A stretch of 64,000 nt of DNA from NCBI RefSeq assembly GCF_051877095.1, contig NZ_JBJEIO010000009.1:47874-111873 (forward strand). Reading direction: 5' to 3'. Within the stretch, counting starts at the first letter, position 1; every line of letters starts with the position of its first letter. The translations under genes and the position numbers were made by a program. Under the pieces are notes generated by a model, which ran no database searches, had not been told where the DNA came from, and was given only the letters and a program-made list of their open reading frames with translations. Source of the DNA: Methanobrevibacter sp. Its GTDB lineage: Archaea > Methanobacteriota > Methanobacteria > Methanobacteriales > Methanobacteriaceae. Positions 36,540-47,975 of this stretch are shown one piece after another.

Positions 36540-37343
36540 ATGCAAGAAAATAATTTTAAGATTGATAGACATTCTTTGAAAACAGCAATTTCACGTGTTG
36601 AAACAGATAAAATTGTAACAAGAGGGTATAATCAAAGAGATTTAATTGAAAAAATAAGATATAGTGATATGATTTTCTTACTTTTAAAAGGACGATTACC
36701 TTCTATTATAGAAGGAAAAATTTTTAATCATGTCCTTGTTTCATTTTGTGATCATGGTGTAACTCCACCAAGTACTCAGACAGCACGTATTGTTACTTCT
36801 TCAGGTTCACCAGTTAATTCAGCAGTAGCTGGAGCATTACTGTCGTTTGGACATAAGCATGCTGGAGCTATTGAAAAGACAATGGAATTATATCAATCAA
36901 AAATAAGTTCTCTATATTTAACTGAGGATAGTGAAATTGATAATAAACAAATTGCTAGTTTAGCTATTGAAATTTATCAGGAATATATCCTTAAAGACAA
37001 AAAGGTACCAGGTTTTGGTCACAGGTATCATAATGTCGATCCAAGAGCAGACAAACTAATGGAAATAGTTATTAAAGAAGGGTTCATTGGTCCTCATATA
37101 AAATTAGCATTAGCTCTTGAAGATTTAATATACCAAAAAAAACAAATTAGGCTTAATGTAGATGGTGCAAATGCAGCTATTTTATCAGATTTAGGTTTTA
37201 CTCCAGATTTAGGATTAGGTATATTTATAATTGGTAGAATTCCAGGTATTATTGCACATATTCATGAAGAAAAAATGGATGAAGATGAATTTAGAAGATT
37301 TTGTGATCTTGATGATGTAATATATCAACAAGGAGAAAGATAA
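36540..37343 (+). CDS. Citryl-CoA lyase / short citrate-synthase-family protein
   Basis: DHG..PPST, GHKHAGA, PGFGH..H..DPRA, LNVDG catalytic His/His/Asp motifs. Confidence 0.9.
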   Translation: MQENNFKIDRHSLKTAISRVETDKIVTRGYNQRDLIEKIRYSDMIFLLLKGRLPSIIEGKIFNHVLVSFCDHGVTPPSTQTARIVTSSGSPVNSAVAGALLSFGHKHAGAIEKTMELYQSKISSLYLTEDSEIDNKQIASLAIEIYQEYILKDKKVPGFGHRYHNVDPRADKLMEIVIKEGFIGPHIKLALALEDLIYQKKQIRLNVDGANAAILSDLGFTPDLGLGIFIIGRIPGIIAHIHEEKMDEDEFRRFCDLDDVIYQQGER

Positions 37344-37344
37344 T

Positions 37345-37854
37345 ATGGAATTTATAGATGTGATTAATGAGAGATATAGTGTAAGAGGATATTTAGATAA
37401 AGAAGTAGAGCAAGAAAAACTTGATTATGTTTTAAAAGCAGCAACTATAGCTCCAACAGGAGTTAATAGCCAACCTTTTAAAGTTTATGTAATTGATGCT
37501 AAAAAATATAAAGATGAATTGTCTAAAATTTATGGTGCAAAATGGTTTGTAGAAGCACCATATGTATTAGCTGTTGTTGCATTAAGAAATGAGGCATGGG
37601 TAAGACCATGGGATTCTAAAAACATTGCAGATATTGATGCTACTATTGTAATGGATTATATGATTCTTGCAGCTACTGATGTAGGGCTTGGAACTTGTTA
37701 TATTGGTGCATTTAAGAAATATGAAGCACATAAATTTTTAGAGTTAGATGAAACTGAAGAAGTAGTGTTATTCACTCCTCTTGGATATGGTAATGCTGAA
37801 CCTCGTGAAACTCCAAGAAAAGAGTTAAATGAGTTTGTAGTATATAAGGATTAA
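37345..37854 (+). CDS. Nitroreductase family protein
   Basis: RYSVRGY, APTGVNSQP, GLGTCYIG, LGY. Confidence 0.93.
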   Translation: MEFIDVINERYSVRGYLDKEVEQEKLDYVLKAATIAPTGVNSQPFKVYVIDAKKYKDELSKIYGAKWFVEAPYVLAVVALRNEAWVRPWDSKNIADIDATIVMDYMILAATDVGLGTCYIGAFKKYEAHKFLELDETEEVVLFTPLGYGNAEPRETPRKELNEFVVYKD

Positions 37855-37855
37855 A

Positions 37856-38194
37856 ATGAATTTGTTTATATTACCTGCAGATGATTCAAAGGATATGGAA
37901 AAAATATCACAAGAATTATCTTTGAAAAAATTTAAAGTAGCTCAAACTGATAATAATTTTATTTTAATGCATAAAAGAAGATATGGTAATGTTTTAATTC
38001 ATGCAATTTGTTTAATAATTGCTCTTTTTTATGTTTGGCCAGTTTTAATAATAAATGTTGTATATTTTACTTATTCATATTTATGGGCTTCGCCAAATGT
38101 GTTAATTACTATTGAGAAGGTAGATGCTGAAGGTAATCCATTGGAATTTAGTAATGAAGATGAAATATTAAAAAAAGCTACAGCTATTCTATAA
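37856..38194 (+). CDS. Hypothetical membrane protein
   Basis: 112-aa ORF with a hydrophobic hairpin, 2 bp after the nitroreductase. Confidence 0.7.
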   Translation: MNLFILPADDSKDMEKISQELSLKKFKVAQTDNNFILMHKRRYGNVLIHAICLIIALFYVWPVLIINVVYFTYSYLWASPNVLITIEKVDAEGNPLEFSNEDEILKKATAIL

Positions 38195-38513
38195 TTTCAT
38201 CCACACTATATTCTTCTATTTTCCTTATAACTAAAGGTTCTTTAGAATTAATATATTCAGATTCTTCACCTAATTTTGCATCAATAAATACTTTATCAAC
38301 ACTTGGTTCAGTGAATAATGTCATAATATCAGAGATGAAAGTATCATAATCTTTTTGGATATGATTATCCTCAAAACTCAATTGTGGAAGTTCTGATGTC
38401 CATAAATCACTCCCAGGTGAGAATTTTTTATCTACTATTTTTCCATTTTTTATTTCACTGTCTAATGTTAGTGAAAAATTATTGTTTAATATTATCCAAA
38501 CTGCTCGTTCCAT
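38184..38513 (-). CDS. Hypothetical protein
   Basis: 109-aa acidic ORF, convergent with the previous gene. Confidence 0.6.
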   Translation of the reverse strand: MERAVWIILNNNFSLTLDSEIKNGKIVDKKFSPGSDLWTSELPQLSFEDNHIQKDYDTFISDIMTLFTEPSVDKVFIDAKLGEESEYINSKEPLVIRKIEEYSVDEIIE

Positions 38514-38574
38514 GTATTAATATTATATGGCATGATATAAATATTATGAAATTAAAATAAAAATTAGTGTTATT

Positions 38575-38925
38575 ATGGCAAATATTAAAATGTTTAAACT
38601 ACTTGGAGTGTTAGTGGCTATATTGTTAATCCTATGGGGAATTTTACCATTCTTGAGACATCAGCCAATAACAAATGATGTCATTGCTACTGCGATTATA
38701 TTGATTATGATTGCTTTTGCTTATATGATTATTATGTTCAACCCTAGTTGGACAAAGGCTGTTTTCTTTTTTGAAGGTATTATTATTGCTGTTGCAGGAT
38801 ACATGTTACTTGAATTCCCATATAATTTAGAATTCGCTATAGTAGGTGTAATTATAATTATAATTGCTATCCTTGCTTATACACAGAAACTACCTCCTAA
38901 AATGTTAAGATGGTTTTATAGATAA
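38575..38925 (+). CDS. Hypothetical 4-TM membrane protein
   Basis: 116-aa ORF with four hydrophobic segments. Confidence 0.75.
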   Translation: MANIKMFKLLGVLVAILLILWGILPFLRHQPITNDVIATAIILIMIAFAYMIIMFNPSWTKAVFFFEGIIIAVAGYMLLEFPYNLEFAIVGVIIIIIAILAYTQKLPPKMLRWFYR

Positions 38926-39088
38926 TTAATTTATCTTTTATTCTTTTTTTATCAATTTTTTACATATTAAATTATCACTTCGATTATTTTTTTTTAATTA
39001 TTTTCAATTTTAATTATTTTTTTTAATTTTAGATAGTAAAAGATATATATATTACACAACAAAAATAATTACACCATGGTGATTAATT

Positions 39089-39403
39089 ATGGCAGAGATA
39101 TCAGACGCAATCGCAATGATAAAAAAAGCAGAATCTGATGCTGAACAACTTATTGCGGATTCAAAAGACCAATCAAAAGATATGATTGCTGATGCTAAAT
39201 TAAAAGCTGAAGAATCCATTTCAGAAGTTAAAATTGCAGCAGAAGAGGAAGCTCAAAAAACTGTTTTTGATGCAGAAGATAAGGCTAAAAAAGAAGCACA
39301 GTCTATCGCTGAACAGTCCAAAGATGAAGTTAAATCTTTAAAAGAAAAAGCTATGGGCAATGTTGACGAGGCTGCTGCTATTATTGTCAAAAATATATTG
39401 TAG
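39089..39403 (+). CDS. atpH: A1A0 ATP synthase subunit H
   Basis: Charged coiled coil IKKAESDAEQLI; first gene of the operon. Confidence 0.9.
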   Translation: MAEISDAIAMIKKAESDAEQLIADSKDQSKDMIADAKLKAEESISEVKIAAEEEAQKTVFDAEDKAKKEAQSIAEQSKDEVKSLKEKAMGNVDEAAAIIVKNIL

Positions 39404-39412
39404 TGTGAGTTT

Positions 39413-41413
39413 ATGTTCAAGACAGCTAGAATGCGTAAAATTAGAATTGTTACACTTGATAAGTATGTAGTACCTACAGTGGATGTTCTCCACGAATCTG
39501 GGCTTATACAAGTCAGTGATATTTCTGAAAGCATTCAGCAAGATCCTGAATTAGCAGAATTAGTAACTCCTTCAAAAGCTACACCATATACTGGTAAGTT
39601 ATCTTCACTTCTCATGAAAACAAATGGTATATCTGAACTGTTAGGAAATTCTATATCAGAAGGCCATGGGTTAAAAGACACTTTGATGTCTTTTATTAGT
39701 CCTGATATACCAGTTCAAAAAGAAGTAGAAAGATTAGATACTGAGGCTTTTATTGAAAAAGCTGAAGAAACTTTAGCCAAGGTGGAAAGTAAAACAAGCG
39801 TTATTGAAGGCAAACTTGCTGCACTTGACTCAGAAACAAGTGAACTAAAGTCTAATAAAAGTTTAGCTAAACGTTTATCTAATTTTGACATGGATTTAGC
39901 GCTTTTAAAAGATTCAAAGTACACTTCTACTACTGTTGGAAGGATTAATGCTGAATCTACTTCAGAAATCAAAAATGAATTAAGTAAATTGACTGATGAA
40001 TTAGAATTATTTACTGTTCCTATGGACGATGATGATGGTGAAATCATTGCTGTAGTAACATTAAAAGAATTTAGTGATGATGTTTATTCAACACTTCGTA
40101 AATTCGACTTTGAGAAAATTGAAATAGGTAATGTTGAAGGTACTCCTCAGCATGTTATTTCAAGTGCTGATGCTCGTTTATTAACTATTGAATCAGAACG
40201 TGCTGCTGTTAAAACTGAATTAAGAGCAGTCGCTGAGCAATGGGATGATGAAATTTTAGCTCTCAAAGAACAATTAGAAAATGAAAAAGATAAGAACGAA
40301 ATTCTTTCATCTTTTGTTCAAACTAAAGATGCTTATGTTCTTGAAGCATGGGTGCCTGTAAAAGACACTGAAGAAGTTGAACAATTAGTTGAAAAAAGTT
40401 CTGAGGGACATTGTGCCTTTGAAACTATTGAAATTGAAGGTACTGACGATGAAGATGTTCCTGTTTTACAACAAAATGGATGGTATTCAAAACCTTTCGA
40501 ATTCCTTGTAGATATGTACTCTCCAGTACGTTACAATGAAATCGACCCAACAATCTTTGTTGCAATCACATTTCCATTATTCTTCGGTTTTTGTTTGACC
40601 GATGCAGTTTATGGATTAGTTGTATCTTTAATTGGTGTTGTATTAATTAAAGGTTTAGGTAAAGTTAAAGAATCTATGCGCTCATTTGGTTGGATTTTGG
40701 TATGGTCTGGTCTGTGGGCAGTTGTTTTAGGTTTGATAACTAATGGTTTTATTGGGGATTTCCCAGAAAGGATTTTAGGATTCCGTTTACCAACCGTATT
40801 TGCTCCTGTTGAAGCATTCAAACACCCTGATACTATTTTAATAATAGCTATTGGACTTGGTCTTCTTTACACCAACATTGGTTTCATTATTGGTGCTATC
40901 GACAACTTAAGATACGGTAAAGTGAAAGAGGCTATCGGATCTCAAATTTGTTGGTTTGTTTTCGAAGCTGGTATTGTTCTCCTCGCTTTAGGTTTCATGA
41001 TGCCTGCAGTAGGTATGATTGGAATGGTTTTAGGAGGAATTTTAATTATTGCAACTATTGGAATGTTAATATGGGCTAATGGTGCATATGGTGTAATGGA
41101 TATTTTTGGTTACATGGGGGATGTTTTATCCTACGCACGTCTTTTAGCATTATGTTTAGCTACTGGTGGTATTGCTATGACAGTAAACATTTTAGCAGTA
41201 ATGTTAAATAATATGGTTCCAGTTGTAGGTATTGTAATTGCGATACTAATCTTTATATTCGGACATATTGCAAACTTCGCTTTCCAAGTATTAGGTGCAT
41301 TTATTAACGCTTTACGTCTTAACTATGTAGAGTTCTTTTCACAATTCTTCATGAGTGGTAAAGGAAAATTCGAAGCTTTCAAAGCAAATAGAATATTTAC
41401 AAAACTTAAATAA
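39413..41413 (+). CDS. atpI: A1A0 ATP synthase subunit I (a)
   Basis: EAWVP, IDPT, FFGFCLTDAVYG, SYARLLAL, LRLNYVEFF. Confidence 0.97.
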   Translation: MFKTARMRKIRIVTLDKYVVPTVDVLHESGLIQVSDISESIQQDPELAELVTPSKATPYTGKLSSLLMKTNGISELLGNSISEGHGLKDTLMSFISPDIPVQKEVERLDTEAFIEKAEETLAKVESKTSVIEGKLAALDSETSELKSNKSLAKRLSNFDMDLALLKDSKYTSTTVGRINAESTSEIKNELSKLTDELELFTVPMDDDDGEIIAVVTLKEFSDDVYSTLRKFDFEKIEIGNVEGTPQHVISSADARLLTIESERAAVKTELRAVAEQWDDEILALKEQLENEKDKNEILSSFVQTKDAYVLEAWVPVKDTEEVEQLVEKSSEGHCAFETIEIEGTDDEDVPVLQQNGWYSKPFEFLVDMYSPVRYNEIDPTIFVAITFPLFFGFCLTDAVYGLVVSLIGVVLIKGLGKVKESMRSFGWILVWSGLWAVVLGLITNGFIGDFPERILGFRLPTVFAPVEAFKHPDTILIIAIGLGLLYTNIGFIIGAIDNLRYGKVKEAIGSQICWFVFEAGIVLLALGFMMPAVGMIGMVLGGILIIATIGMLIWANGAYGVMDIFGYMGDVLSYARLLALCLATGGIAMTVNILAVMLNNMVPVVGIVIAILIFIFGHIANFAFQVLGAFINALRLNYVEFFSQFFMSGKGKFEAFKANRIFTKLK

Positions 41414-41481
41414 ATTAAAAATTTTTCATTTATATTTAAATTAAATTATAAAATCAATATTATTTCAAAGGTGAATTAAAT

Positions 41482-41967
41482 ATGGTAGAAATTGCTTTAG
41501 GTACTGCTTTAGCAGCTATTGGTGCTGGAGTAGCAATTGGATTTGCCGGTTTAGGTTCCGGTTTAGGGCAAGGTATGGCAGCTGCTGGTTCTGTAGGAGC
41601 AGTAGCAGAAGACAATGACATGTTTGCAAGAGGTATTATTTTCTCTGCATTACCAGAAACTCAGGCTATTTACGGTTTCTTGGTTGCAATCTTATTATTA
41701 GTATTTTCAGGATTATTAGGTGGAGGTCAAGGATTACCTACTGAAGCTGGTATTGTAGCTATCGGTGTAGGTGCATCTATTGGTTTCGCTGGTTTAGGTT
41801 CCGGTATGGGACAAGGTATGGCAGCAGCATCATCTGTTGGAGCTATTGTAGAAGACAATGATATGTTTGCTCGTGGTATTATTTTCTCTGCATTACCAGA
41901 GACACAAGCTATTTACGGTTTCTTGATTGCTATTTTACTTATGGTATTCGGTGGAATCTTAGGTTAA
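41482..41967 (+). CDS. atpK: A1A0 ATP synthase subunit K (c), internally duplicated two-hairpin proteolipid
   Basis: Two copies of GQGMAAA...LPETQAIYG. Confidence 0.97.
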   Translation: MVEIALGTALAAIGAGVAIGFAGLGSGLGQGMAAAGSVGAVAEDNDMFARGIIFSALPETQAIYGFLVAILLLVFSGLLGGGQGLPTEAGIVAIGVGASIGFAGLGSGMGQGMAAASSVGAIVEDNDMFARGIIFSALPETQAIYGFLIAILLMVFGGILG

Positions 41968-41980
41968 GGAGGCATTTTAT

Positions 41981-42592
41981 ATGAGCTCAGGCACAGATAA
42001 AATTGTTTTAAGCATTATGTCTGAAGCCCAAGAGAAAGCTGATGTAATCATTCAAGAGGTTACTGCAGAAGTTTCAGCTATTCAATCAAAAGCTGATAAA
42101 ACTGCTGAAGTTGAAAAAACAAGAATCTTAGAAAATGGTAAAAAACAATCTGATATGAGATATCAGCAAATTATCTCTGAAGCTAAGATGAATGCTCGTA
42201 GAGCAAAATTAGGCGCTAAAGAAGAAGTAATTGAAGCAGCTTTCAGTCAAGCTGTTGGTGAATTAAAAGAAAAAGCTTCCTCAAAAAGTGCAGATTATGA
42301 AGATTCATTAGTTAAAATGATTAAAGAAGCTGCTGATGAAATCGGTACTAATGATTTAATTATTCAATTAAATGAAGCTGACACAAATCAATTTAAAAGT
42401 GAATTATCTTCAGGTAATGTTTTCGAAATTGAAGGAATCAAATTCGAATTAGGTGAACCTATCGATGTTATTGGTGGAGCAATCTTAAAAACCAGTAATG
42501 GAGATATTGAAGTAAATAACACTATTGAAGCAAGATTAGAAAGATTTAAAAGTATCTTACGTAGTGAAGTTGCTAATGTATTATTTAAATAA
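41981..42592 (+). CDS. atpE: A1A0 ATP synthase subunit E
   Basis: N-terminal coiled coil, IGGAIL, NNTIEARL. Confidence 0.95.
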   Translation: MSSGTDKIVLSIMSEAQEKADVIIQEVTAEVSAIQSKADKTAEVEKTRILENGKKQSDMRYQQIISEAKMNARRAKLGAKEEVIEAAFSQAVGELKEKASSKSADYEDSLVKMIKEAADEIGTNDLIIQLNEADTNQFKSELSSGNVFEIEGIKFELGEPIDVIGGAILKTSNGDIEVNNTIEARLERFKSILRSEVANVLFK

Positions 42593-42608
42593 ATTAGGAG
42601 GATAAATT

Positions 42609-43763
42609 ATGGCAGATCAAATTGCTACTTTAATAAGTTCTGCAGGACTTACACAGGAAACATTTTTAGTATTTTGTGTAATCTCATTACTTGTTGTTGG
42701 TGCAGTAGTAGTAATCATTACATCTAGACCAATTTTGGACATTTATCCTTATCTTAATCCAAGTGCAAGAGTAAGAGCTAGAAAAGGAAGATTATTTGAC
42801 GAAAAGCAAATTTCTGAGATTGTTGAATCTAATGACGTTGAAGAAGTTGAAAATTATCTCAAAGGTGTTCCTGAATATGCTGATGTTCTAGATGAATATC
42901 CACTTGATAAAGCATTAGATGTTGAACGTGCTAATACTTACGAATTTATTGCAAGGTTAGCTCCTAAAGATATTAAAGCTCCTTTTGTGATCATGTCTAA
43001 AAAAGCAGACATTGATAATATCAAAAGTATTTTAACTGCAAAAGAAGTTGGCTATGATGCTGATGAAACCAAAGAATTATTAATTCCTTGCGGTGCTTTA
43101 TACAAAGACTTAGTATCTTTAGCTGATACTGATAATGTAACTGATGTCATTACAAGTTTGGATAATACTGAATATGCAACAGTTTTAGAAGATGCTCTTC
43201 CACAATATGAAAATACTAACATGATTCTTCCATTAGAATCTGCTTTAGATAAATATTACTTGGGCAAATTATTACGTTCTACTGATGTTCCTTCTGATGA
43301 AAACAAACAAATTTTATACTCATATGTTGGAACTAAAGTGGATGTAGCTAATCTTAAACTAATTATAAGGGCTAAAGAAGATGGCCTTGATTATGATGCA
43401 ATCTCTCCTTATATATTAGATGAAGGATACCAATTACGTGAATGGAAACTTAAAGATTTAATGGAATCTCCTGATGTTACAAATGTAGTATCTGGATTAG
43501 AAGGTACCAAATATGCTAGTGCATTAACCGATGTAATGCCAGTTTATAATGAAACTGGATCAGTTGCAGTATTTGAGAAAGCATTAGATGTTTACGCTTC
43601 TGAATATTCAAAATCTTTATCAGTTAAAAAACCATTAGGTATTGGTCCAATTATTGGTTATTTAAGTCAAAAAGAAAGTGAAATTAAAAATTTAAAAATT
43701 ATTGCAAGAGCAAAAAGAGAAGCAGACTTCCCTAATGATAAAATCATGGAGATGTTAATATGA
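42609..43763 (+). CDS. atpC: A1A0 ATP synthase subunit C
   Basis: YPYLNPSARVRARKGRL, DIDNIK, NLKIIARAK. Confidence 0.95.
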   Translation: MADQIATLISSAGLTQETFLVFCVISLLVVGAVVVIITSRPILDIYPYLNPSARVRARKGRLFDEKQISEIVESNDVEEVENYLKGVPEYADVLDEYPLDKALDVERANTYEFIARLAPKDIKAPFVIMSKKADIDNIKSILTAKEVGYDADETKELLIPCGALYKDLVSLADTDNVTDVITSLDNTEYATVLEDALPQYENTNMILPLESALDKYYLGKLLRSTDVPSDENKQILYSYVGTKVDVANLKLIIRAKEDGLDYDAISPYILDEGYQLREWKLKDLMESPDVTNVVSGLEGTKYASALTDVMPVYNETGSVAVFEKALDVYASEYSKSLSVKKPLGIGPIIGYLSQKESEIKNLKIIARAKREADFPNDKIMEMLI

Positions 43764-44077
43764 GTTCAGTAGCAGTTATTGGTGATATTGACACTGTTTC
43801 TGGTTTTAGACTTGGTGGTGTCAAACAATCAGTTGTTGTAAAAACTTCTGAAGAAGCTATTGCAGCTTTTGATAAATTTTTAGAAGACGAAATTTCAATT
43901 ATTATCATTACTCAATTAATGGCAAATGAAATAAGAGAACATATTAATAGGAAAATTGGTTCAAGTGTTTTACCAATGATAATTGAAATACCTGATAAAG
44001 ATGGGTCCTCTGAAGGATCATCTGATCAAATAAATGACCTTATTAAAAGAGTTATCGGGGTAGAGATGGTTAAATGA
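43760..44077 (+). CDS. atpF: A1A0 ATP synthase subunit F
   Basis: [28 protein letters not shown]. Confidence 0.95.
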   Translation: MSSVAVIGDIDTVSGFRLGGVKQSVVVKTSEEAIAAFDKFLEDEISIIIITQLMANEIREHINRKIGSSVLPMIIEIPDKDGSSEGSSDQINDLIKRVIGVEMVK

Positions 44078-45816
44078 TTATTGAAGGAAATATTATTAAG
44101 ATTGCTGGGCCTGTTATTGTAGCAGATGGTATGAGAGGGGCTCAGATGCTTGAGATGGTTAGGGTCGGTAACGAAAAGCTTATTGGAGAGATTATCGAGC
44201 TTGAAGGTGACACCGCAACTATCCAAGTATATGAAGAAACAGCAGGTATCCAACCTGGTGAAGTAGTTGAATGTACTGGTGGAGCATTATCCGTAGAACT
44301 TGGTCCTGGTGTAATGAGTTCTATTTTTGATGGTATTCAAAGACCTTTAAGAATTATCAGAGAAGCTTCTGGTGATTTCATTGCTAGAGGTATTGATGTA
44401 GATTCCATTGATAAAGAGAAAAAATGGGAATTCAAACCTGTTGCTAAAGTTGGAGATGTTTTAAAAGCTGGAGATGTACTTGGTGAAGTACAAGAAACCT
44501 CTGCAGTATTACACAAAATTATGGTTCCTCCTGCACTTGAAGGTGAAGTTACTGAAATTGTAGCTGAAGGAGAATACACAATTTTAGAAGATATTGCTGA
44601 AGTTGGTGGACAAAAAGTACAAATGCTCCAAAAATGGCCTGTTAAAAAAAGTCGTCCTTACGTAAGGAAATTAGATCCAGATGTACCTTTAGTAACTGGT
44701 CAAAGAGCACAAGATACTTTCTTCTCTGTAGCTAAAGGTGGGGCAGCAGCTATTCCTGGTCCTTTTGGATCTGGTAAAACTGTTACACAACAACAATTAG
44801 CTAAATGGGCAGATGCAGATATCGTTGTATACATTGGATGTGGAGAACGTGGTAACGAAATGACTGAAGTACTTACTGAATTCCCATTCCTTGACGACCC
44901 TAAAACTGGTAACCCATTAATGGACAGAACTGTTCTTATTGCAAACACTTCTAACATGCCGGTAGCAGCTCGTGAAGCATGTGTATATACTGGTATTACT
45001 ATTGCTGAATATTACCGTGACCAAGGTTACGATGTAGCACTTATGGCTGATTCAACATCTAGATGGGCTGAAGCTATGAGGGAGATTTCTGGAAGATTAG
45101 AAGAAATGCCTGGGGAAGAAGGTTACCCTGCATATTTAGCATCCAGATTAGCTCAATTCTACGAAAGAGCAGGAAGAGTAGAAACTATCGGTTCAGAACC
45201 TCATGTAGCATCTATTTCCGTAGTTGGTGCAGTATCTCCTCCTGGTGGGGACTTATCCGAACCTGTTACTCAAAACACATTACGTATCTGTAAAGTGTTC
45301 TGGGCATTAGACGCATCTCTTGCAGATAAACGTCACTTCCCTTCAATTGACTGGTTACAAAGTTATTCATTATATGTAGACAGTATTGAAGGTTGGTGGG
45401 CTGAAAACGTAGCTGCAGATTGGAGAGCAACTCGTGACCAAGCTATGGGTTTATTACAAAAAGAATCCGAGTTACAAGAAATTGTACAATTAGTTGGTCC
45501 TGATGCTTTACCTGAAGCTGACCAAGCTACTTTAGAAACTACCCGTATGTTAAGAGAAGATTTCTTACAACAAAATGCATTTGATGATGTAGACACTTAC
45601 TGTGCTCCTTCCAAACAATATCAAATGTTAAAAACCATTCTCTTATTCTACAAAGAATCTCTTGCAGCTGTGAACAGAGGAGCTCCAATTGCAACTATTG
45701 CAGCTTTACCTGTTAAAGAAGAAATTGGTAAAATGAAATACATACCACAAGATGAATTTGATGCAAAAATTGCAGATATTCAAGCTGCAGTTGTAAAACA
45801 ATGCAGTGAGGCTTAA
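44074..45816 (+). CDS. atpA: A1A0 ATP synthase subunit A
   Basis: [25 protein letters not shown]; no intein. Confidence 0.98.
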   Translation: MIIEGNIIKIAGPVIVADGMRGAQMLEMVRVGNEKLIGEIIELEGDTATIQVYEETAGIQPGEVVECTGGALSVELGPGVMSSIFDGIQRPLRIIREASGDFIARGIDVDSIDKEKKWEFKPVAKVGDVLKAGDVLGEVQETSAVLHKIMVPPALEGEVTEIVAEGEYTILEDIAEVGGQKVQMLQKWPVKKSRPYVRKLDPDVPLVTGQRAQDTFFSVAKGGAAAIPGPFGSGKTVTQQQLAKWADADIVVYIGCGERGNEMTEVLTEFPFLDDPKTGNPLMDRTVLIANTSNMPVAAREACVYTGITIAEYYRDQGYDVALMADSTSRWAEAMREISGRLEEMPGEEGYPAYLASRLAQFYERAGRVETIGSEPHVASISVVGAVSPPGGDLSEPVTQNTLRICKVFWALDASLADKRHFPSIDWLQSYSLYVDSIEGWWAENVAADWRATRDQAMGLLQKESELQEIVQLVGPDALPEADQATLETTRMLREDFLQQNAFDDVDTYCAPSKQYQMLKTILLFYKESLAAVNRGAPIATIAALPVKEEIGKMKYIPQDEFDAKIADIQAAVVKQCSEA

Positions 45817-45818
45817 AC

Positions 45819-47210
45819 ATGAATACAAATATTAAAACTAGAGAATATACTACTGTATCCGAAGTCTCAGGTCCTTTAATGGTTGTTGAAGGAGTAGAAG
45901 GCGTTGGTTACAATGAAATTGTAGATATTGAAACACCTACTGGTGAAAAAAGAAGTGGACAAGTTCTTGAAGTAACTAAAGATGTTGCAGTTATTCAAGT
46001 ATTTGAAGGAACCAATGACTTAAACACTAAAGATACTAAAACTAGATTCACTGGTCAAACCGCAAAAATCGGTGTATCCAGAGACATGATGGGACGTATC
46101 TTTAATGGTATTGGTAAACCTATCGACGGCGGACCAGAAATTATTCCTGATGAAGAATTAGATATTAACGGGGCTCCTATGAACCCTGCTTCTCGTGAAT
46201 TCCCTGAAGAATTTATTCAAACTGGTATCTCTACCATTGATGGAATGAACACATTAGTAAGAGGACAAAAACTTCCTATTTTCTCAGGATCTGGTTTACC
46301 TCACAATGATTTAGCTGTACAAATTGCTAGACAAGCTAAAGTATTAGGAGCAGATGATGAATTTGCAGTAATCTTTGCTGCTATGGGTATTACTAACGAA
46401 GAAGCAAACTTCTTTATGAGAGACTTCGAACGTACTGGAGCTTTAGAAAAATTAACAGTATTCATGAACTTAGCAGACGACCCAGCTATTGAAAGAATTT
46501 TAACTCCTAAAATGGCTTTAACTACTGCTGAATATTATGCATTTACCTTAGGTATGCAAGTATTAGTTATCTTAACTGATATGACTAACTACTGTGAAGC
46601 TTTAAGGGAAATTTCTGCAGCAAGAGAAGAAGTACCTGGAAGAAGAGGTTATCCTGGTTACATGTACACTGACCTCGCAGGTATTTATGAAAGAGCAGGA
46701 CGTATTGATGGTAAAGAAGGTTCTATTACTCAAATGCCTATCTTAGTTATGCCTCAAGACGATATTACTCACCCAATCCCTGATTTAACTGGTTATATTA
46801 CTGAAGGACAAATTGTATTAAGTAGGGAACTCTCAAGGAAAGGTATTTACCCTCCTGTAGATGTACTTCCTTCACTTTCTCGTTTGATGAGTGGTGGTAT
46901 TGGTGGAGAAAAAACTAGGGATGATCACAGTGGTGTATCTGACCAACTCTATTCTGCATATGCAGAAGGTCGTGAATTAAGAGACTTAGTTGCGGTTGTA
47001 GGGGAAGAAGCACTTACTGAAAGAGATCAAAAATTCTTAGAATTTGCTGAAGCATTTGAAAACCAATTCATTACTCAAAGTAAAGATGAAGATAGATCTA
47101 TCTTTGAATCTTTAGATCTTGGTTGGAGTTTACTTAAAATCTTACCTAAATCCGAACTCAAAAGGGTTAAAGAAGAATTTATTGAACAATACCTTCCTAA
47201 AGATGAATAA
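45819..47210 (+). CDS. atpB: A1A0 ATP synthase subunit B
   Basis: [42 protein letters not shown]. Confidence 0.98.
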   Translation: MNTNIKTREYTTVSEVSGPLMVVEGVEGVGYNEIVDIETPTGEKRSGQVLEVTKDVAVIQVFEGTNDLNTKDTKTRFTGQTAKIGVSRDMMGRIFNGIGKPIDGGPEIIPDEELDINGAPMNPASREFPEEFIQTGISTIDGMNTLVRGQKLPIFSGSGLPHNDLAVQIARQAKVLGADDEFAVIFAAMGITNEEANFFMRDFERTGALEKLTVFMNLADDPAIERILTPKMALTTAEYYAFTLGMQVLVILTDMTNYCEALREISAAREEVPGRRGYPGYMYTDLAGIYERAGRIDGKEGSITQMPILVMPQDDITHPIPDLTGYITEGQIVLSRELSRKGIYPPVDVLPSLSRLMSGGIGGEKTRDDHSGVSDQLYSAYAEGRELRDLVAVVGEEALTERDQKFLEFAEAFENQFITQSKDEDRSIFESLDLGWSLLKILPKSELKRVKEEFIEQYLPKDE

Positions 47211-47237
47211 TCTCATTACAGTAATGTAGGTGATTAA

Positions 47238-47921
47238 ATGGCACAAGATATTATAGATGGAATTAATCCAACTCGTATGGAATTATTATCTCTTAAAAAT
47301 AGAACTAAACTTGCTGTTAAAGGGCATGGTTTACTCAAGGAAAAAAGAGATGCTTTAATTAAAGAGTTTTTTGATATCTTGGATCGTGTCAAAGGTATTC
47401 GTGAAAACGCAGAAAAAAGTCTTAAAGAAGCAAATGATGCTTTACTTGAAGCTCAAATTGCTATGGGTGATTTATCTGTTAGAAAAGCAGCATTATCTGT
47501 TAAAGAATCTATTGATGTAGAAATTACATCAAGAAGTGTTATGGGTGTTGCTGTACCTGTAACCAATGTTAAAATGGAAGAAAGATCTATTATTGACAGA
47601 GGTTATGGATTTTCTGATACTACTATCCAATTAGATGAAGCTGCTAAGAAATTCGAGGAATCATTAAAATTTTTAATTGAACTTGGTGAAGTGGAAAAAA
47701 CTATTTTCTTACTTGCTGAGGAAATTGAAGCTACTAAACGTAGGGTTAATGCTTTAGAACACATTATGATTCCTAGATTCCAAAATACTGAAAAGTATAT
47801 TGATATGAGACTCCAAGAAATGGAAAGGGAAAACTTCGTAAGATTGAAAATGATTAGATCTACTATTGAAAAAAATGAAAAAGCTGCTGCTGAAGCAGCT
47901 GCTGCAGAAAATGCAGAATAA
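47238..47921 (+). CDS. atpD: A1A0 ATP synthase subunit D
   Basis: [25 protein letters not shown]. Confidence 0.97.
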   Translation: MAQDIIDGINPTRMELLSLKNRTKLAVKGHGLLKEKRDALIKEFFDILDRVKGIRENAEKSLKEANDALLEAQIAMGDLSVRKAALSVKESIDVEITSRSVMGVAVPVTNVKMEERSIIDRGYGFSDTTIQLDEAAKKFEESLKFLIELGEVEKTIFLLAEEIEATKRRVNALEHIMIPRFQNTEKYIDMRLQEMERENFVRLKMIRSTIEKNEKAAAEAAAAENAE

Positions 47922-47975
47922 TTTTTCTTATTCTTTTCATTTTCTTCTATTTTTTATTATTTTTTTAATTAAAGT
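47922..47975 (+). terminator. Oligo-T tract after the ATP synthase operon
   Basis: Successive T runs (tttttcttattcttttcatttcttctattttttattatttttttt) directly after the atpD stop, typical of archaeal intrinsic termination. Confidence 0.5.

Noticed and set aside
41600-41940. Long DNA direct repeat within atpK
   Set aside because: Explained by the known internal duplication of the c subunit; not a mobile or array repeat.
44074-47210. Inteins in atpA/atpB
   Set aside because: Lengths (580 and 463 aa) and continuous motifs leave no room for an insertion.
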